Positions 1 through 12,992 of a DNA stretch of 50,520 nucleotides are shown piece after piece (the stretch's first letter is position 1; the number at the start of each line of letters is the position of its first letter). Source of the stretch: Chiloscyllium plagiosum (Eukaryota); NCBI RefSeq assembly GCF_004010195.1, contig NC_057720.1:4133782-4184301 (forward strand), given 5' to 3'. The notes under the pieces are model-generated. The model was not told where the DNA came from, searched no databases, and saw only the letters and a list, made by a program, of their open reading frames with translations. A program made the position numbers and the translations under genes.

Positions 1-208
1 ATCCTCCCTCAGCACAGCTGTAATGCTATCCCTTATCAAAAACGCCACTCCCCCTCCTCTCTTGCCTCCCTTTCTCTCCTTCCTGTAGCATTTGTATCCT
101 GGAACATTAAGCTGCCAGTCCTGTCCATCCCTGAGCCATGTTTCTGTAATTGCTATGATATCCCAGTCCCATGTTCCTAACCATGCCCTGAGGTCATCTG
201 CCTTCCCT
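1..208 (-). mobile_element. CR1-type LINE, APE endonuclease region (runs off the window start)
   Basis: Minus strand reads KADDLRAWLGTWDWDIIAITETWLRDGQDWQLNVPGYKCYRKERKGGKRGG. Confidence 0.88.
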
Positions 209-371
209 TTTGGTGTAGAACGGGAATCACATATTGGCCAAACCAAGCATGTTTCTTTTAATTGCTATGATATCCCAGTCCCATGTTCCTAACCATGCCC
301 TGAGGTCATCTGCCTTCCCTTTTGGTGTAGAACGGGAATCACATATTGGCCAAACCAAGCATGTTTCTTTT
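148..371. repeat. 112-bp direct tandem duplication
   Basis: 148-259 is repeated at 260-371; catgtttct occurs at 137, 248 and 360. Confidence 0.93.
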
Positions 372-544
372 GTATTTTTTTTAAATGTCAGTTGAATTGA
401 CCCTAACCTACCTTTAACAATGGGATTTTTAATTGTCTTCTCCAAGTTTGTTTGGGTCTCTGAATCCACTGTTCAACAGGGGACATTTCAGAATATCTCA
501 AAGGGCCAAATGCTATCCCTTATTCCTAAGGTTTATGTTTTATT

Positions 545-685
545 CATTTATTCATTCACAAGATGAAGGCATCGCTGGCTAGGCAGCATTGATTACCCAT
601 TCCTAATTGCCCAGAGGGCAGTTAAGAGTCAAGCACATTGCTGTGGGTCTGGAATCACATGTAGGCCAGACCGAGTAAGGATGTA
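545..685 (-). mobile_element. Deu-domain SINE (SacSINE1-like), 3' part
   Basis: gagggcagttaagagtcaa..cacattgctgtgggtctgga..tcacatgtaggccagacc; similar copies at about 15985-16260(-), 25105-25505(+), 33400-33700(-), 39605-39770(-). Confidence 0.7.
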
Positions 686-1149
686 CTTTTCTATGTTCTA
701 TGTTCTAAAGCACAAGTCTGGAAGGAAACCCTGCATTGTGAGTGAGCAGTTGGAATATTCCACACAACAACCATAAAAACATTACGAAAATTCCCATCAA
801 TGACGCCAGCAGGTCCTGCTGGTAATCGAGGTGAAATTAGTCGGAGCACGATACTCCAGGATGAATAACCCTTGCTAGTTCTCAGCTTCAGGAGCTATGT
901 CTCCAATGTTGTCTGACTTACATCCAAAAATCTGGTCCTGAGCTGTTGATGAAATGGAACCCAGCTGTAGGTTTAACCTGTTTCTAGGGATGGGTCCCAC
1001 TGACAGTTAGGGGGGAGTTGTTTAAACTTTGTTCCCAGTCTGCCCTTAGTTATCTTGGTTATCTTGGTTGCCCTTGGTTATCTTGCCAACCACGAGAGTG
1101 CATGTTTTAGGGCATAGCATGGCATCATTGGTACCTATACAGGCCAGGG

Positions 1150-1825
1150 GAAAGTGAGTACTGCAGATGCTGGAGATCAGAGTCAAAATGTGTGGCGCTA
1201 GAAAAGCACAGCTGGTCAGGCAACATCCCAGGAACAGGAGAGTCGACATTTCGAACATAAGCTATTCATCAGGAATGTCCAAAGGGGTAGCCGTGTGCAC
1301 CCACGTGGGCCCCAGCTATGCCTGCCTCTTTGTCAGGTATGTGGAACAGTTCATCTTCAGCAGTTACACCGGCACCATTCCCCATCTTTTCCTCCGCTAC
1401 TTCAATGACTATATCGGCACTACTTCAAGCTCCCACAAGGATGTTGAACATTTCATCAACTTCTCAAACACCTTCAACCTTGATCTCAAGTTTGCCTGGA
1501 CCATCTCAATCACCTCTCTCCCCTTCATGGATCTCTCCATCTCAATCTCGGGCAATCAACTCAACACGGACATCTACTCCAAACTCACCAATTCCCACAG
1601 CTATCTGGACTACACTTCCTCCCACCTGTAAAAACACTATCCCTTACTCCCAATTCCTCCACTTCCACTACATCTACTCCAAGGAGGAGCAATTCCAATC
1701 CAGGACATCCCAGATGGCCTCCTACTTCAAGGACTGCAATTTTCCCTCCCACGGTCAACAATGGCCTCCAGCGTATCTCCTCCACTTCCCACATCTCCGC
1801 CCTTGAACCCCACCCCTACAACCAG
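1150..1825 (+). mobile_element. Penelope-like retroelement RT fragment with an inverted terminal segment at its 5' end
   Basis: GVAVCTHVGPSYACLF, FLRYFNDYIG (degenerate RYIDD), LPFMDLSI, DIYSKLTNSHSYLDY; 1150-1276 is the hammerhead-bearing terminus in opposite orientation. Confidence 0.88.
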
Positions 1826-3865
1826 ATAGATCTTTTATTTTACCGATAATAAATCTATAAAATGATATAGAGGCACTGAAATGATTCTTCAATTTTAATA
1901 ATGTTCTGAATGCTTCATATTTAGTTATTTTATACACCTAGACACCTTGAAGAGCAGGCTCATAGCTCCTTGAAAGTGGAGTTACAGGTAGATAGTATAG
2001 TGAAGAAGGCATTTAGTATAGAATCATAGAGATGTACAGCACAGAAATAGATCTTTCGGTCTAACCCGTTCATGTTGACCAGATATTCCAACCTAATCTA
2101 GTCCACTTTTCCAGGCCCAAGTCCCTCTAAACCCTTCCTATTCATATGCCCATCGAGATGCCTTTTAAATGTTGAAATTGTACCAGCCTCCTCCATTTCC
2201 TCTGGGAGCTCATTTCAGACATGCACCACCTCCTGCATGAAGAAGTTGCATCTTAGGTCGCTTTTATATCTTTCCCCTCCCACCATAAAATTATGCCCTC
2301 TAGTTCTGGACTCCCCCATCCCAAGGAAAATACCTTGTCTATTTATCCTATCCAGGCCTCTCATGATTATATAAACCTCTATAAGGTCACCCCTCAGTCT
2401 TTAATGCTCCAGGGAAAACAGCTCCAGCCTATTCAGCTCTCCCTATAGCTAAAATCCTCCAACCTTAGCAAAATCCTTGCAAATCTTTTCTGAATCCTTT
2501 CAAGTTTCATGAAATCCTTCCAATAGGAAGGAGTCCAGAATTGGACGCAATATTCCAAAAGTGGCCTAACCAACTTCCTGTTCGGCTGCAACATGATCTC
2601 CCAACTCCTTTATTCAATGCTCTGACCAATAAAGGAAAGCATACCAAACGCCTTCTTCACTATCCTATCTACCTGTGACTCTACTTTCAAGGAGCTATGA
2701 ACCTGCACTCCAAGGTCTCTTTGTTCAGCAACACTCCCCAGAACGTTACCATTAAGTGTATAAGTCCTGCTAAGATTTGCTTTCCCAAAATGCAGCACCT
2801 CGCATTTATCTAAATTAAACTCCATCTGCCACTCCTCAGCCCATTGGCCAATCTGGTCAAGATCCTGCTGTAATCTGAGGTAACCTTCTTTACTGAAAAT
2901 GTGTTGCTGGAAAAGCGCAGCAGGTCAGGCAGCATCCAGGGAACAGGAGAATCGACGTTTCAGGCATAAGCCCTTCTTCAGTAACCTTCTTTACTGTCCA
3001 CTACACCTCCGATTTTGGTGTCAACTGCAAACTTACTAACTATACCTCCTCTGTTCATATCCAAATCATTTATATAAATGGCGAAAAGTAGTGGACCCAG
3101 CATTGATCCTTGTGGCACTCCATTGGTCACAGGCCTCCAGTCTGAAAAGCAACCCTCCTCCACCACCCTTTGGGCATATGAATAGGAAGGGTTTAGAGGG
3201 ACTTGGGCCAAGTGCTGGAAAAGGGGACGAGATTAGGTTGGAATATCTAGTCAGCATGAACGGGTCTTCTACCTTTGAGCCAGTTCTGTATCCAAATGGC
3301 TAGTTCTACCTGTATTCCATGAGATCTATTCTTGCTAACTGGTCCCCCATGGGGAACCTTGTCGAACGCCTTACTGAAGTCCATATAGATCACATCTATT
3401 GCTCTGGCCTCATCAATCCTCTTTGTTACTTTTTCAAAAAGCTTAATTGAGTTCATGAGACATGATTTCCATTCACAAAGTATGCTTGTCCTTATTGGTC
3501 AACACATTGAATGTACGAGTTAGAAGGTCACGTTGTGGCTGTACAATACATTCGTTAGGCCACATTTGGAATATTATGTGCAATTCTGGTCTCCCTGCTG
3601 TAAGAAAAATGTTTTGAAACTTGAAAGGGTTCAGAAAAGATTTACAAGGATGTTGCCAGGTTTGAAAGGTTTGAGCTGTAGGGAGAGGCTGAATAGACTA
3701 GGGCTGTTTTCCCTGGAGCGATGGAGGCTGAGGGGTGACCTTATAGAGGCGTATAAAATCATGAGGAGCAGAGAACATTGAATATAGAACATTAAAGTGC
3801 AGTACAGTGCATCGACCTGTGAAACCAATGTGAAGCCCATCTAACCTACACTATTCCATTATCAT

Positions 3866-4025
3866 GGAGGAGAAAGTGAGGACTGCACATGCTGGAAATC
3901 AGAGCTGAAAATGTGTTGCTGGAAAAGTGCAGCAGGTCAGGCAGCATCCAAGGAACATCCTGAAGAAGGGCTTATGCCCGAAACGTCGATTCTCCTGTTC
4001 CTTGGATGCTGCCTGACCTGCTGTG
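3866..4025. mobile_element. Palindromic Penelope-derived short element (family A) with 15-bp TSD
   Basis: Head-to-head arms; ctattccattatcat at 3851-3865 and 4026-4040. Confidence 0.85.
3951..3996 (+). ncRNA. Minimal type I hammerhead ribozyme motif
   Basis: atc-CTGAAGA-a-GGGC-ttat-GCCC-GAAA-CG-TC-gat: conserved core, stem II, palindromic ACGT stem III, ATC/GAT plus AGGA/TCCT stem I. Confidence 0.75.
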
Positions 4026-4664
4026 CTATTCCATTATCATCCATGGTTATCCAATGACCATTTAAGTGCCCTTGAAGTTGGTGAGTCTACTACTGATGCA
4101 GGCAGGGTGTTCCACGCCCCTACTACTCTCTCAGAGTAAAGAATGGGTAAAATAAGGTCTTATCCCTGGGGTAGGGGAGTCCAAAACTGGATGGCATAGG
4201 TTAAGGGTGAGGGGGAAAAATGTAAAAGGGACCTAAAAGGCAACTTTTCATGCAGAGTGGTGTGTGTATGGAATGAGCTGCCAGAGGAAGAGGTGGAGGC
4301 TGGTACAATTGCAACATTTAAAAGGCATCTGGATGGGTATATGATTAGGAAGGGTTTAGAGGGGTATGGGCCAAGTGCTGGTAAATGGGACTAGATTAAT
4401 TTAGGATAGCTGGTTGGCATGGACAAGTTAGTGTGAAGGATTTGTTTGTGTTGTACATCTCTCTGACTCTATGACTCCATGATTTGAATTTGAAAGATTA
4501 GGGATACCTGGTCAGTTTCTTGTTCAAAGAGGTGAACGGAAGAACATGTAAACATACTTTTAAAAAAGGCATTTCCTGGTCATCGCAATCACAAATAGCT
4601 GATTGGCCAAATTAGTAACTGGACAATACATGCAAATTTGTGCTGCAGTCAGTGAAGTAAAAAG

Positions 4665-4830
4665 AGAGTGGTGTCATGTGAGAGAGGTGATCAGTTGTCT
4701 AACCGAAGGGTCAGGTGAGGGGAGAGGGTGAGAAAGTGGGTCTTTCACAGTAAACTCAGGCAGTGTGGGAATTGAATCCACGCTGTTGGCATTACTCTGT
4801 ATCACAAAGCAGCCATCCAGTGAACCGACA
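4665..4830 (-). mobile_element. tRNA-derived SINE with (TC)n-type tail, unclassified family
   Basis: Similar to 16718-16875(-) and 47991-48215(-); tRNA-like head (ggttagctcag...gggttcaattccc) on the minus strand. Confidence 0.6.
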
Positions 4831-5077
4831 CCTGTCAGTGAAGCAATGGGACTGAAGAGAGATACAGTGCATAATTCCAGGTTTGGTTTTGAAAGCACCA
4901 CATTTCCACCCAATGAAGACATGGTCTCCAAGGGAAAAAGGACAAGAAAACATTGGAATATCTACTCAACCTTTTGACTATAGAGACTGAAGAGCAAGGG
5001 TTAGTTGGTTTTTCATCTGTGTATTTATGTAATTACAGGGCTCTGTTAATTGTGATTTTCTTCCTCTCTGTTTTAAG

Positions 5078-5210
5078 GATTGGAGATGAGCTGGGTCATC
5101 AGGCCTCCTGAGAAAGTGCAGAGTGGGGAGGAATTCAATGTCACCTACACCGTCTCTGCCTCCAATGACTTCTATCAGATGGCTGTCACAAATGGAATTC
5201 TGAAATACAG
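5078..5210 (+). CDS. rGC exon A (ectodomain): (G)LEMSWVIRPPEKVQSGEEFNVTYTVSASNDFYQMAVTNGILKY(S)
   Basis: Polypyrimidine tract ttttaAG acceptor, AG|gtggga donor, 133 nt, phase 1 in and phase 2 out matching the next exon; unique non-repeat sequence; NVT sequon. Confidence 0.8.
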
Positions 5211-5667
5211 GTGGGAATTAATGAGAAGGAACAGAATTTCCCTTTTCTTTTGAAACCACCATCAATGTTACTCACTGCATCATCATTTTCCATTGGGGAA
5301 ATAATGGAACATCAACCTTATTACAATTTTCACTCTCTTCTGAAAATATGTCTTGAACTCACAGCAAAAAGCAGTCTCCATGAGATGACTATTTGTATCT
5401 TCCACAATCTGAATGTGCCCCAAGATTGACCTTTTTAGCAGAATGTTTCTCATTAGAGGTTGGATTGTTTGACCACCACTGAGACACTTACCACACTGTC
5501 ATCACTCAGGCTAAAGTTAGCATTTGTATTTATTTGAAAAATCTACATGTTTTTTCCATTGAAACATAATGAGAGGAAAATAATTACAATTTAGCAATGG
5601 AATTAATACGATTTAAAGTGTGGTCAAATATTAAGTCATTTTGGAAGTTATTAAACTGGTGTTAGAG

Positions 5668-6290
5668 CATAGAATATAGAACAGTACAGGCCCTTCAGCC
5701 CACAATATTGTGCCAAGCATTTATCTGAATCTAAGATCAAGCTAACCTACACACCCATCAATTTACTGCATCCATGTTTTTGTCCAGCAGTTGCTTAAAC
5801 ATCCCTAATGTCTCTGACTCCACCGCTAGCAGTGTATTCCATGCAGCCAGCACTCTCTGTGTAAAATATCTACCTGACATCTCCCCTATACTTACCTCCA
5901 ACCATCCTAACATTATGATCCCTTGTGACAGCCATTTCTGCCCTGGGAAAAAGTCTCTGGCTATCTACTCTATCTATGCCTCTCATTACCTTGTACACCT
6001 CGATCAAGTTACCTCTCTTTCTTCTCTCCAGTGTGAAACGCACTAGCTCACTCAACCTTTCTTCATAAGACATGCCCTCCAATCCAGGCAGCATCCTGGT
6101 AAATCTCCTGTGCACCCTCTCTAAAGCATCTACATTCTTCCTATAGTGAGGTGACCAGAACTGGTCATTATATTCCAAGTGTGGTCTAACCAGAGTTTTA
6201 TAGAACTGTAGCAAAATCTCGTGACTCTTAAACTCAATCCCCCTTGTAAAGAAAGCCAAAACACCATACGCCTTCTTATCAACCCTGAGA
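5668..6290 (-). mobile_element. 5'-truncated CR1 LINE
   Basis: KKAYGVLAF..RGIEFKS..LVRPHLEY..QFWSPHYRK; tail at 5668. Confidence 0.9.
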
Positions 6291-6704
6291 ACAACCCTTA
6301 ACAATTACTGAGAACAATATTTGCTAATCAATCCTAATTGTCCCAAGAGTTATACTAACAACCAATTTAAGATTATCATTCACTCTTGTGGCTTGGCTCA
6401 CTCATGTGTTCTAAGGGTTACGTATATTCACACAATGGGCCCCTGTGCTTTGCAAATAACATAAGTAAGTGTATAAATTGCACCCACTTCAAGTAAAACA
6501 AAAAGCTTGGGGGACACTCAATCCTGACTCATTCTACATCACATTGCCTTTACTAATCAGAGTCCACTTGCCAATTGTTACAATGTGGAGGTCGAACCCC
6601 TCTGTTAATTAAAATAAACATTTAGAAAAGCTCGTCTTGCCTCATAATCTGTTAAAATGTGTGAGTGAGTGAGAACTCGTCATTTCCACTATTTCACTCA
6701 GCAA

Positions 6705-7085
6705 AGGGGCTGAAAGTTAAATGGGAGGGGGCTGGGGCTGGAGGGAAGGTAACTGGGAATGCAATAGGTAGATGAAGGTGGGGGCTGATGGTGGTAGTTT
6801 AGAGGGGAGGGTGCAGCAGATAGGTGGGAAGGAAGAAGGACAGATAGGACAGGTCAAGAGGGTAGTGCCGAGTTGGAAGTTTGGATCTGGGATGAAATGG
6901 GGGGAGGGGAGATGAGGAAACTGGTGAAATCGACATTGATGTTGTGTGATTGGAGAGGGTCCCAAGGTGGAAGATGAAGTGTTCTTCCTCCAGGTGTCTG
7001 GTGGCTAGAGTTTCGTGGTGGAGAAGGCCTAGGATTTGCATGTACTTGGCGGAGTTGAAGTGGTCAGCCAAAAGGCGGTGGGGAT
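6705..7085 (-). mobile_element. Penelope-like element 3' region
   Basis: TRHLEEEHFIFHLGTL (end of the GIY-YIG domain) followed by a pyrimidine-rich UTR; related sequence at 13585-13775. Confidence 0.75.
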
Positions 7086-7174
7086 TCACGGGACTCTGAT
7101 GAGTTATTTTCTTTTGTCTCCTTTCGATTCCTTATTATTCCTTCGGATTCTTTGCTGATAAAATCATCATGGAT

Positions 7175-7362
7175 AGAACAGTGATTAACACTGCTGCCTC
7201 ACAGCACCAGGGACCCAAGTTCAATCCCTGCCTCAGGCAACTGTCTGTGTGGAGTTTGCACATTTTCCCTGTGTCTGTGTGGGTTTCCTCTGGGTGTGGT
7301 TTCCTCCCATGGTCTAAAGGTGTGCAGGTTAGGTGGATTGGCCATGCTAAATTGCCCATAGT
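7175..7362 (+). mobile_element. HE1-like V-SINE (tRNA head and V domain)
   Basis: cagtgattaacactgctgcctcacagc..gtgtggagtttgcac..gtgcaggttaggtggattggccatgctaaattgccc. Confidence 0.82.
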
Positions 7363-7434
7363 TTAGATCAGAGTGGTGCTGGAATAGCACAGCAGGTCAG
7401 GCAGCATCTGAGGAGCAGGAAAATTGAAGTTTCC

Positions 7435-8192
7435 TAATGGTAAGGTCCTAGGGAGTGTTGCTGAACAAAGAGACCTTGCAGTGCAGGTTCATAGCTCCTT
7501 GAAAGTGGAGTTGCAGGTAGATAGGATAGTGAAGAAGGCGTTTGGTATGCTTTCCTTTATTGGTCAGAGTATTGAGTACAGGAGTTGGGAGGTCATGTTG
7601 TAGCTCTACAGGACATTGATCAGGCCACTGTTGGAATATTGCATGCAATTCTGGTCTCCTTCCTATCGGAAAGATGTTGTGAAACTTGAAAGGGTTCAGA
7701 AAAGATTTACAAGGATGTCGCCAAGTTTGGAGGATTTGAGATATAGGGAGAGGCTTAACAGGCTGGGGCTGTTTTCCCTGGAGTGTTGGAGGCTGAGGGA
7801 TGACCTTATAGAGGTTTACAAAATTACGAGGGACATGGATAGGGTAAATAGGCAAAGTTTTTACCCTGTGGTGGGGGAGTCCAGAACTAGAGGGCATAGG
7901 TTTAGGGTGAGAGGGGAAAGATATAAAAGAGACCCAAGGGGCAACGTTTTCACGCAGAGGGTGATACGTGTATGGAATGAGCTGTCAGAGGAAGTGGTGG
8001 AGGCTGGTACAATTGCAACATTTAAGAGGCATTTGGATGGGTATATGAATAGGAAGGGTTTGGAGGGATATGGGCCAGGTGTTGACAGGTGGGACTAGAT
8101 TGGGTTGGGATATCTGGTCGGCATGGACGGGTTGGACTGAAGGGTCTGTTTCCATGTTGTTCATTTCTATGACATTATGACTCTATGACTCT
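7435..8192 (+). mobile_element. 5'-truncated CR1 (HER1-like) LINE
   Basis: IRPLLEYCMQFWSPSYRKDVVKLERVQKRFTRM...; ctatgact tail. Confidence 0.93.
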
Positions 8193-9294
8193 GATCTCAA
8201 CTCTGCTTTCCAGCATCTGCAGTGGCAAAATGCTGGGATGGGGCAGATCTGGATGGGATGTTCTTCAGAGGGTTAATGTGGACACAAAGGGCCAATTGGC
8301 TAATTCCCACACTGTAAGGATCCTATGACATGAATTTGTGGATACATGACTTCTTAGGCTTTCATTCTTTGGTTGAGAATTCGCCCATTCAGTTCCTCTG
8401 AAGATGTTTTTCTCCCCATTACCTTTTAACAGAGCAGCTCACCCATCACTTGTTCAAAGGAAATTACGATGGATAATAAATTCTGACTTAGTCAGCATTG
8501 CCCACATCCTGTGAATAAACAATGAAAATATAAAACTCGATACTCAACTTTCTGCTGCTGTCGGCGAAAGTGAGGACTGCAGATGCTGGAGATCAGAGTC
8601 TAGATTAGAGTGATGCTGGAAAAGCACAGTAGGTCAGGCAGCATCCGAGGAGCAGGAAAACCGACATTTCAGGCAAAAGCCCTTCATCAGGAATTCTACT
8701 GCGGTACCTTTGTGCCTTGATCTTTGAGCACTTGAGGCTTGACTATAAACCATCAAGTTTTTTATGCAAAGAGTTCAAAATCATGCTGTTGGCAGATAAG
8801 GAGAAACCGTTTCTGGGTGCGGGAGGATTGGTAACCAAAGGGCATGGGTTGATGAGAATCAGCAAAAAAGCAGGCAATGACATGAGGGGGGAAAACATAT
8901 TTTGAGTTGGATTGATTCTGAATTATAAAAAGGTTTAATAGGTTCACTGATAAATTTTGAAAAGAGCATTGGATACATATCAAAGAGAAAATATTTGCAA
9001 TGTTTAATGGCTGGGAGAATGTGGATCACTTTCTAAAAAAACAGCATAGTCATGGTGGGCAGCATGGCCTTTTCTGATCTGTACGATTTCTGGATTCTAT
9101 CAGAAAAGGTCTATTGTGAACTTTAATCAATTTACACCAGCTTGATTAATCAAGTACTACAATGCCCACCATTAGATGCTGTTAAGTGTATATAAAATAC
9201 TAATTCTCTATTAAGTACAAAATGTACTTTGTTCTACTTTGAAAAGATTCCAATGTTGTTTTGTTTCACACATATTTGCTTTGTTAATACACAG

Positions 9295-9418
9295 CAATGC
9301 AAGCGAAGCCAAAAGATTTTGTGAGGAAAGGGAATGTCCAATCAACTGGAAAGATGCAACTGAAAGCAACTGCTGTGTTTACCATGCCAACATCCACTCC
9401 TGTCCTCTAGCATTCATG
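9295..9418 (+). CDS. rGC exon B (ectodomain): NASEAKRFCEERECPINWKDATESNCCVYHANIHSCPLAFM
   Basis: acAG acceptor, ATG|gtgcgt donor, 124 nt, phase 2 to 0; Cys-rich, NAS sequon. Confidence 0.85.
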
Positions 9419-9574
9419 GTGCGTGCTTACTGTATTTCATGGTTATTCACTGTGCAGCTCATTTACAAATCTGTCCATGGCTTCATCCCCTCTCTATCAC
9501 TGTATCCTCCTCCAGACCCTCCAGAATCTTTATCCTCTCAGACGACTTGTGCATGTCTAATTTTCATCACATCA

Positions 9575-9800
9575 AATAAAAGAAAAGCAAAACGCTGCAG
9601 ATTGTGGAATCTAAAACAAACACTTGCTGGAGAAACTCAGCAGGTCTGAGGAGAGAGAAACAGTGTACATTTGAAGTGCAATGTGACTTCTCTTCAGAAC
9701 CATTCTGAAGAAGAGTTAAACTGGACTCGAAATATAAACTTTCTTTCTCCTCAGACACTGCCAACCTATTGAGTTTCTCCAGCACTTTCTATTCGTGTTT
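9575..9800. mobile_element. Palindromic Penelope-derived element (family C) with hammerhead-like core
   Basis: Arms gctggagaaactcagcagg / cctattgagtttctccagc; CTGAAGA-a-GAGTT..GACTC-GAAA at 9705-9732. Confidence 0.65.
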
Positions 9801-10234
9801 TGTGACTCCACCATTGGTGACTGTGTTTTTTGCTGTAGACCTGAAGGTTCCTCTCTGTCTGACCTTTTCTGAAATGCAACTTAAAACTTACCGATTGACG
9901 AAACTTTAGTTCACCTGCTCTAACGCAACCTCACATGGCTCAGTGGCACATTTTTGATAATCTCTCCTGTGAGGCATCTTACTAAGATTATTGTGCAGAC
10001 TGTTGTTGCTGTTTTGATGTAGTCAATGGAAATTTAATGGAAATTATTGCTTTCAGTGCTGTTTGTAACACTGATGGTAGAATTGCACGTGCGATGAATG
10101 AATAAGTGATTTAGGAGCATGGGGCCACTCAACCCCTCAATCCTGCTTTGCCATTAGGACTATTTTGATCTGATTACTGCATGTTGCCACCTACCCCACT
10201 CCTTACTTACCAAGAATCTATCCACCACGACTTT

Positions 10235-10830
10235 ATTGCTCAGACCTTTGAGTATAGGAATTGGGACATCATGTTGAGGTTGTACAGGACATTGGTCAGG
10301 CCTCTTCTGGAATACTGTGACCAATTCTGGTTGCCCTGTTACAGGAAGAATATTATTAAGTTGGGGAGAGTACAAAAAGATTTACAAGGATGTTGCCAGG
10401 AATAGAGGGGCTGGGTTTTAAGCAGAGGCTTGATAGATTAGGACTTTTCTCACTGGAGGTTGAGGCGTGACCCTACAGAGATTTATAACATCATGAGGAA
10501 TGTAGATAAAGTGAATAGCAAGTGTCTTTTCCCTAGGGTGGGGGATTTCAAGACTAGGGGGTAATATTTTAGGGTGAGAGGAGCAAGTTTAAAAAAGACA
10601 CGAATGTCAATTTTTTTACACAGAGAGTCGTTTGTGTGTGGAATGAGCTTCCAGAGAAAGGATGGACACGGGTACAGTTACAACGTTTAAAAGACATTGG
10701 ATAAGTTCACGAATAAGAAATGTTTAGAGGGATATGGGCCAGGAGCAGGCAGGTGGGACTAGTTTAGTTTTGGATTATGGTTGGCATAGACTGGTTGGGC
10801 CGAAGGGTCTGTTGTATGACTCAATGGCTC
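10235..10830 (+). mobile_element. 5'-truncated CR1 LINE
   Basis: LVRPLLEYCDQFWLPCYRK and the CR1 3' UTR. Confidence 0.88.
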
Positions 10831-11132
10831 TACCTTAAATATATTGAAACACTCTGTTTCCAGCATTTTCTCAGAAAGAGGGTTTAAACCATTCAAAACC
10901 CTCTGAGAGAAAGAAAATTCTCATCATCTCATGTTTAAAATGGGGACCCCTGATTTTGAAAAAAAGTGACTCCTAGTTTCTTCCAAAGACAGAAATATCT
11001 TTTCTGCATCACTCTGCCAATACCCCTCAAAATCTCTTTCAATTAGTTAATCAAACTTTTAAAAACCTAATTGCTGGGCATTAACTGGCACCGCTTATTT
11101 ACTTGACGAGGAACCTTATCATTATAAGAAAT

Positions 11133-11460
11133 TGTTTCCATTAGGTGGGGAGACTAGGACCCATGGTCACAGCCTTAAAATTAGAGGGGGTCAATTCAGA
11201 ACAGAAATGCGGAGACATTTCTTCAGCCAGAGTGTGGTGGGCCTGTGGAATTCATTGCTGCAGAGTGCAGTGAAGGCCGGGATGCTAAATGACTTCAAGG
11301 TAGAGATTGATAAATTCTTGATGTCACAAGGAATTAAGGGCTACGGGGAGAATGCGGGTAAGTGGAGTTGAAATGCCCATCAGCCATGATTAAATGGCGG
11401 AGTGGACTTGATGGGCTGAATGGCCTTACTTCCACTCCTATGTCTTATGGTCTTATGGTC
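11133..11460 (+). mobile_element. CR1 LINE 3' end (second subfamily, cttatggt tail)
   Basis: TRTHGHSLKIRGGQFRTEMRRHFFSQSVVGLWNSL; (cttatggt)n tail. Confidence 0.88.
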
Positions 11461-12526
11461 TAACCTGCCGACAATATGAAGGAATGCCTCTTCACAATGG
11501 TTCAGGTCTGGGGAGAGAGAGTGGTGACGGTGAAAAGAGTCGGCTGTGGGGGGGGGGGGGGCGCGTGTTGTCATACAGTGGTGGTGTCCCTCCCTCTGAG
11601 TCAGGTGAGCCAGCTGCTGCACAGGTGTTAATAAAATTCCTGAACAGGTTGATCAGAAATATCCAAACACTGACTGAGGAAACATTTGCATGGCCACTGG
11701 GAGGAAGAGCAGGGAATTGAGATGAATGAAGTGACTTCCTCAGAAGAAATTGGACTTTTATTTGGAAAGGAAGGATGTGCAGACTCACGGGGAGAAGACG
11801 GAAAGTGGCACAAGGGGAGTTGCTCATTCAGGAATGGGGTCGAGTAGTAATGTCACTGGTAATGTCAGTGGGCTGGTAACCTAGAACAGCAGGCACTAAT
11901 GTCCCTGAGCACTTAGGATCAAATCCCACAATAGCAAATTTCAATAAAAATCTGGATTTATAATCTAGCCTCACGGTGAATATGTAACCAGCACTAATTG
12001 CCAAAATTCATTTGGATTAGTTGGCTGGACAGCTGATTCGCAGTGCAGTGATGCCAACAGAATGGGTCTGATTTTTGTTAGAGCAGTCGGAGGCTGTGGG
12101 ATGACCTGATCAAAATATATCATATTATGACAGACGTGGATAATCAGATTCTCTTTGGAAATATCAAATACTGGGGGCAGTGGTGAGAGGAGGAAAATGT
12201 TTCACACACAGGGTGGTAGGTCCTTGGAAGGTACTGCCAGGGGTCGTGGTAGAAGCAGGTAACAATGTCTAAGAGGTGGTTAGACAGACACATGAACAGG
12301 TTGGAAACAGACCACGTGCAGGTAGATAGGATTAGTTTAGAATGTCTTTGTGGTCGGCACCGATATGATGGGCTGAAAGGCCTATTGCTGTGCTGTACTG
12401 CTCTATGTTCTTTGTTCTATGAAAGCCAACCCAAACACAATGGGCTGAATGACGTTCTTCCATGCTCTAACCATTCTATCATCCCACAGATTTCACACTC
12501 AGAGTTTCAAATCTTGTTTATTTCAG

Positions 12527-12631
12527 AAAAAAGGTGGAATCTGTGGTCCGTGGATACCAGACGATGGCAAAATAGTTACTCACACCATTTCTCAAGCAGG
12601 CAAGATGTCTCAACAAAACTGGACAAGTAAG
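12527..12631 (+). CDS. rGC exon C (ectodomain): KKGGICGPWIPDDGKIVTHTISQAGKMSQQNWTSK
   Basis: tttcAG acceptor, AAG|gtacag donor, 105 nt, phase 0 to 0; NWT sequon. Confidence 0.85.
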
Positions 12632-12992
12632 GTACAGGTTTATGAGAAGTTGGACTATTCATATCTAAACACAAGACTTACCTGATGGTCCCTATCCACT
12701 ATCAGTGAATCAAGAAATAAAGGGAAAGCTACAATTCTGCTTCCGGACTGGTTTCTTGCAAATTGATCATTGTACAATTAGAATAAGTTTAGTTTAATGC
12801 AATATGCATCAGATATTTCCCCTTCTTTAGGGTTATAAGATGAAAGGTGTGTGATTTATATATATTTATGTATTAATATCAATTTTTGGAGTTTAAATTT
12901 TAAGGTAAGCATATACGTTCTTCTATATTTTTGTGAAGAGATTTAGTAATTAACTAAGTCAGATTTTACAGATTTACTCTGTCAGCAAGTAG

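Larger units (their letters stand above)
1945..4480. mobile_element. Nested CR1 LINE cluster (+ strand copy interrupted by a - strand copy at 2020-3478 and further inserts)
   Basis: RT/3' motifs MEFNLDKCEVLHFG, GVPQGSMLGPLLF, VRPHLEYYVQFWSP; (ctatga) tails; agtat duplicated at 2015-2019 and 3479-3483. Confidence 0.9.

Noticed and set aside
690..1045. Unique sequence as a candidate signal-peptide exon or promoter
   Set aside because: I found no ATG-initiated hydrophobic ORF ending in a phase 1 donor; the first exon is probably upstream of the window.
1046..1085. Short (cttggttat)n-like repeat
   Set aside because: Only about 4 degenerate units; ordinary low-complexity sequence.
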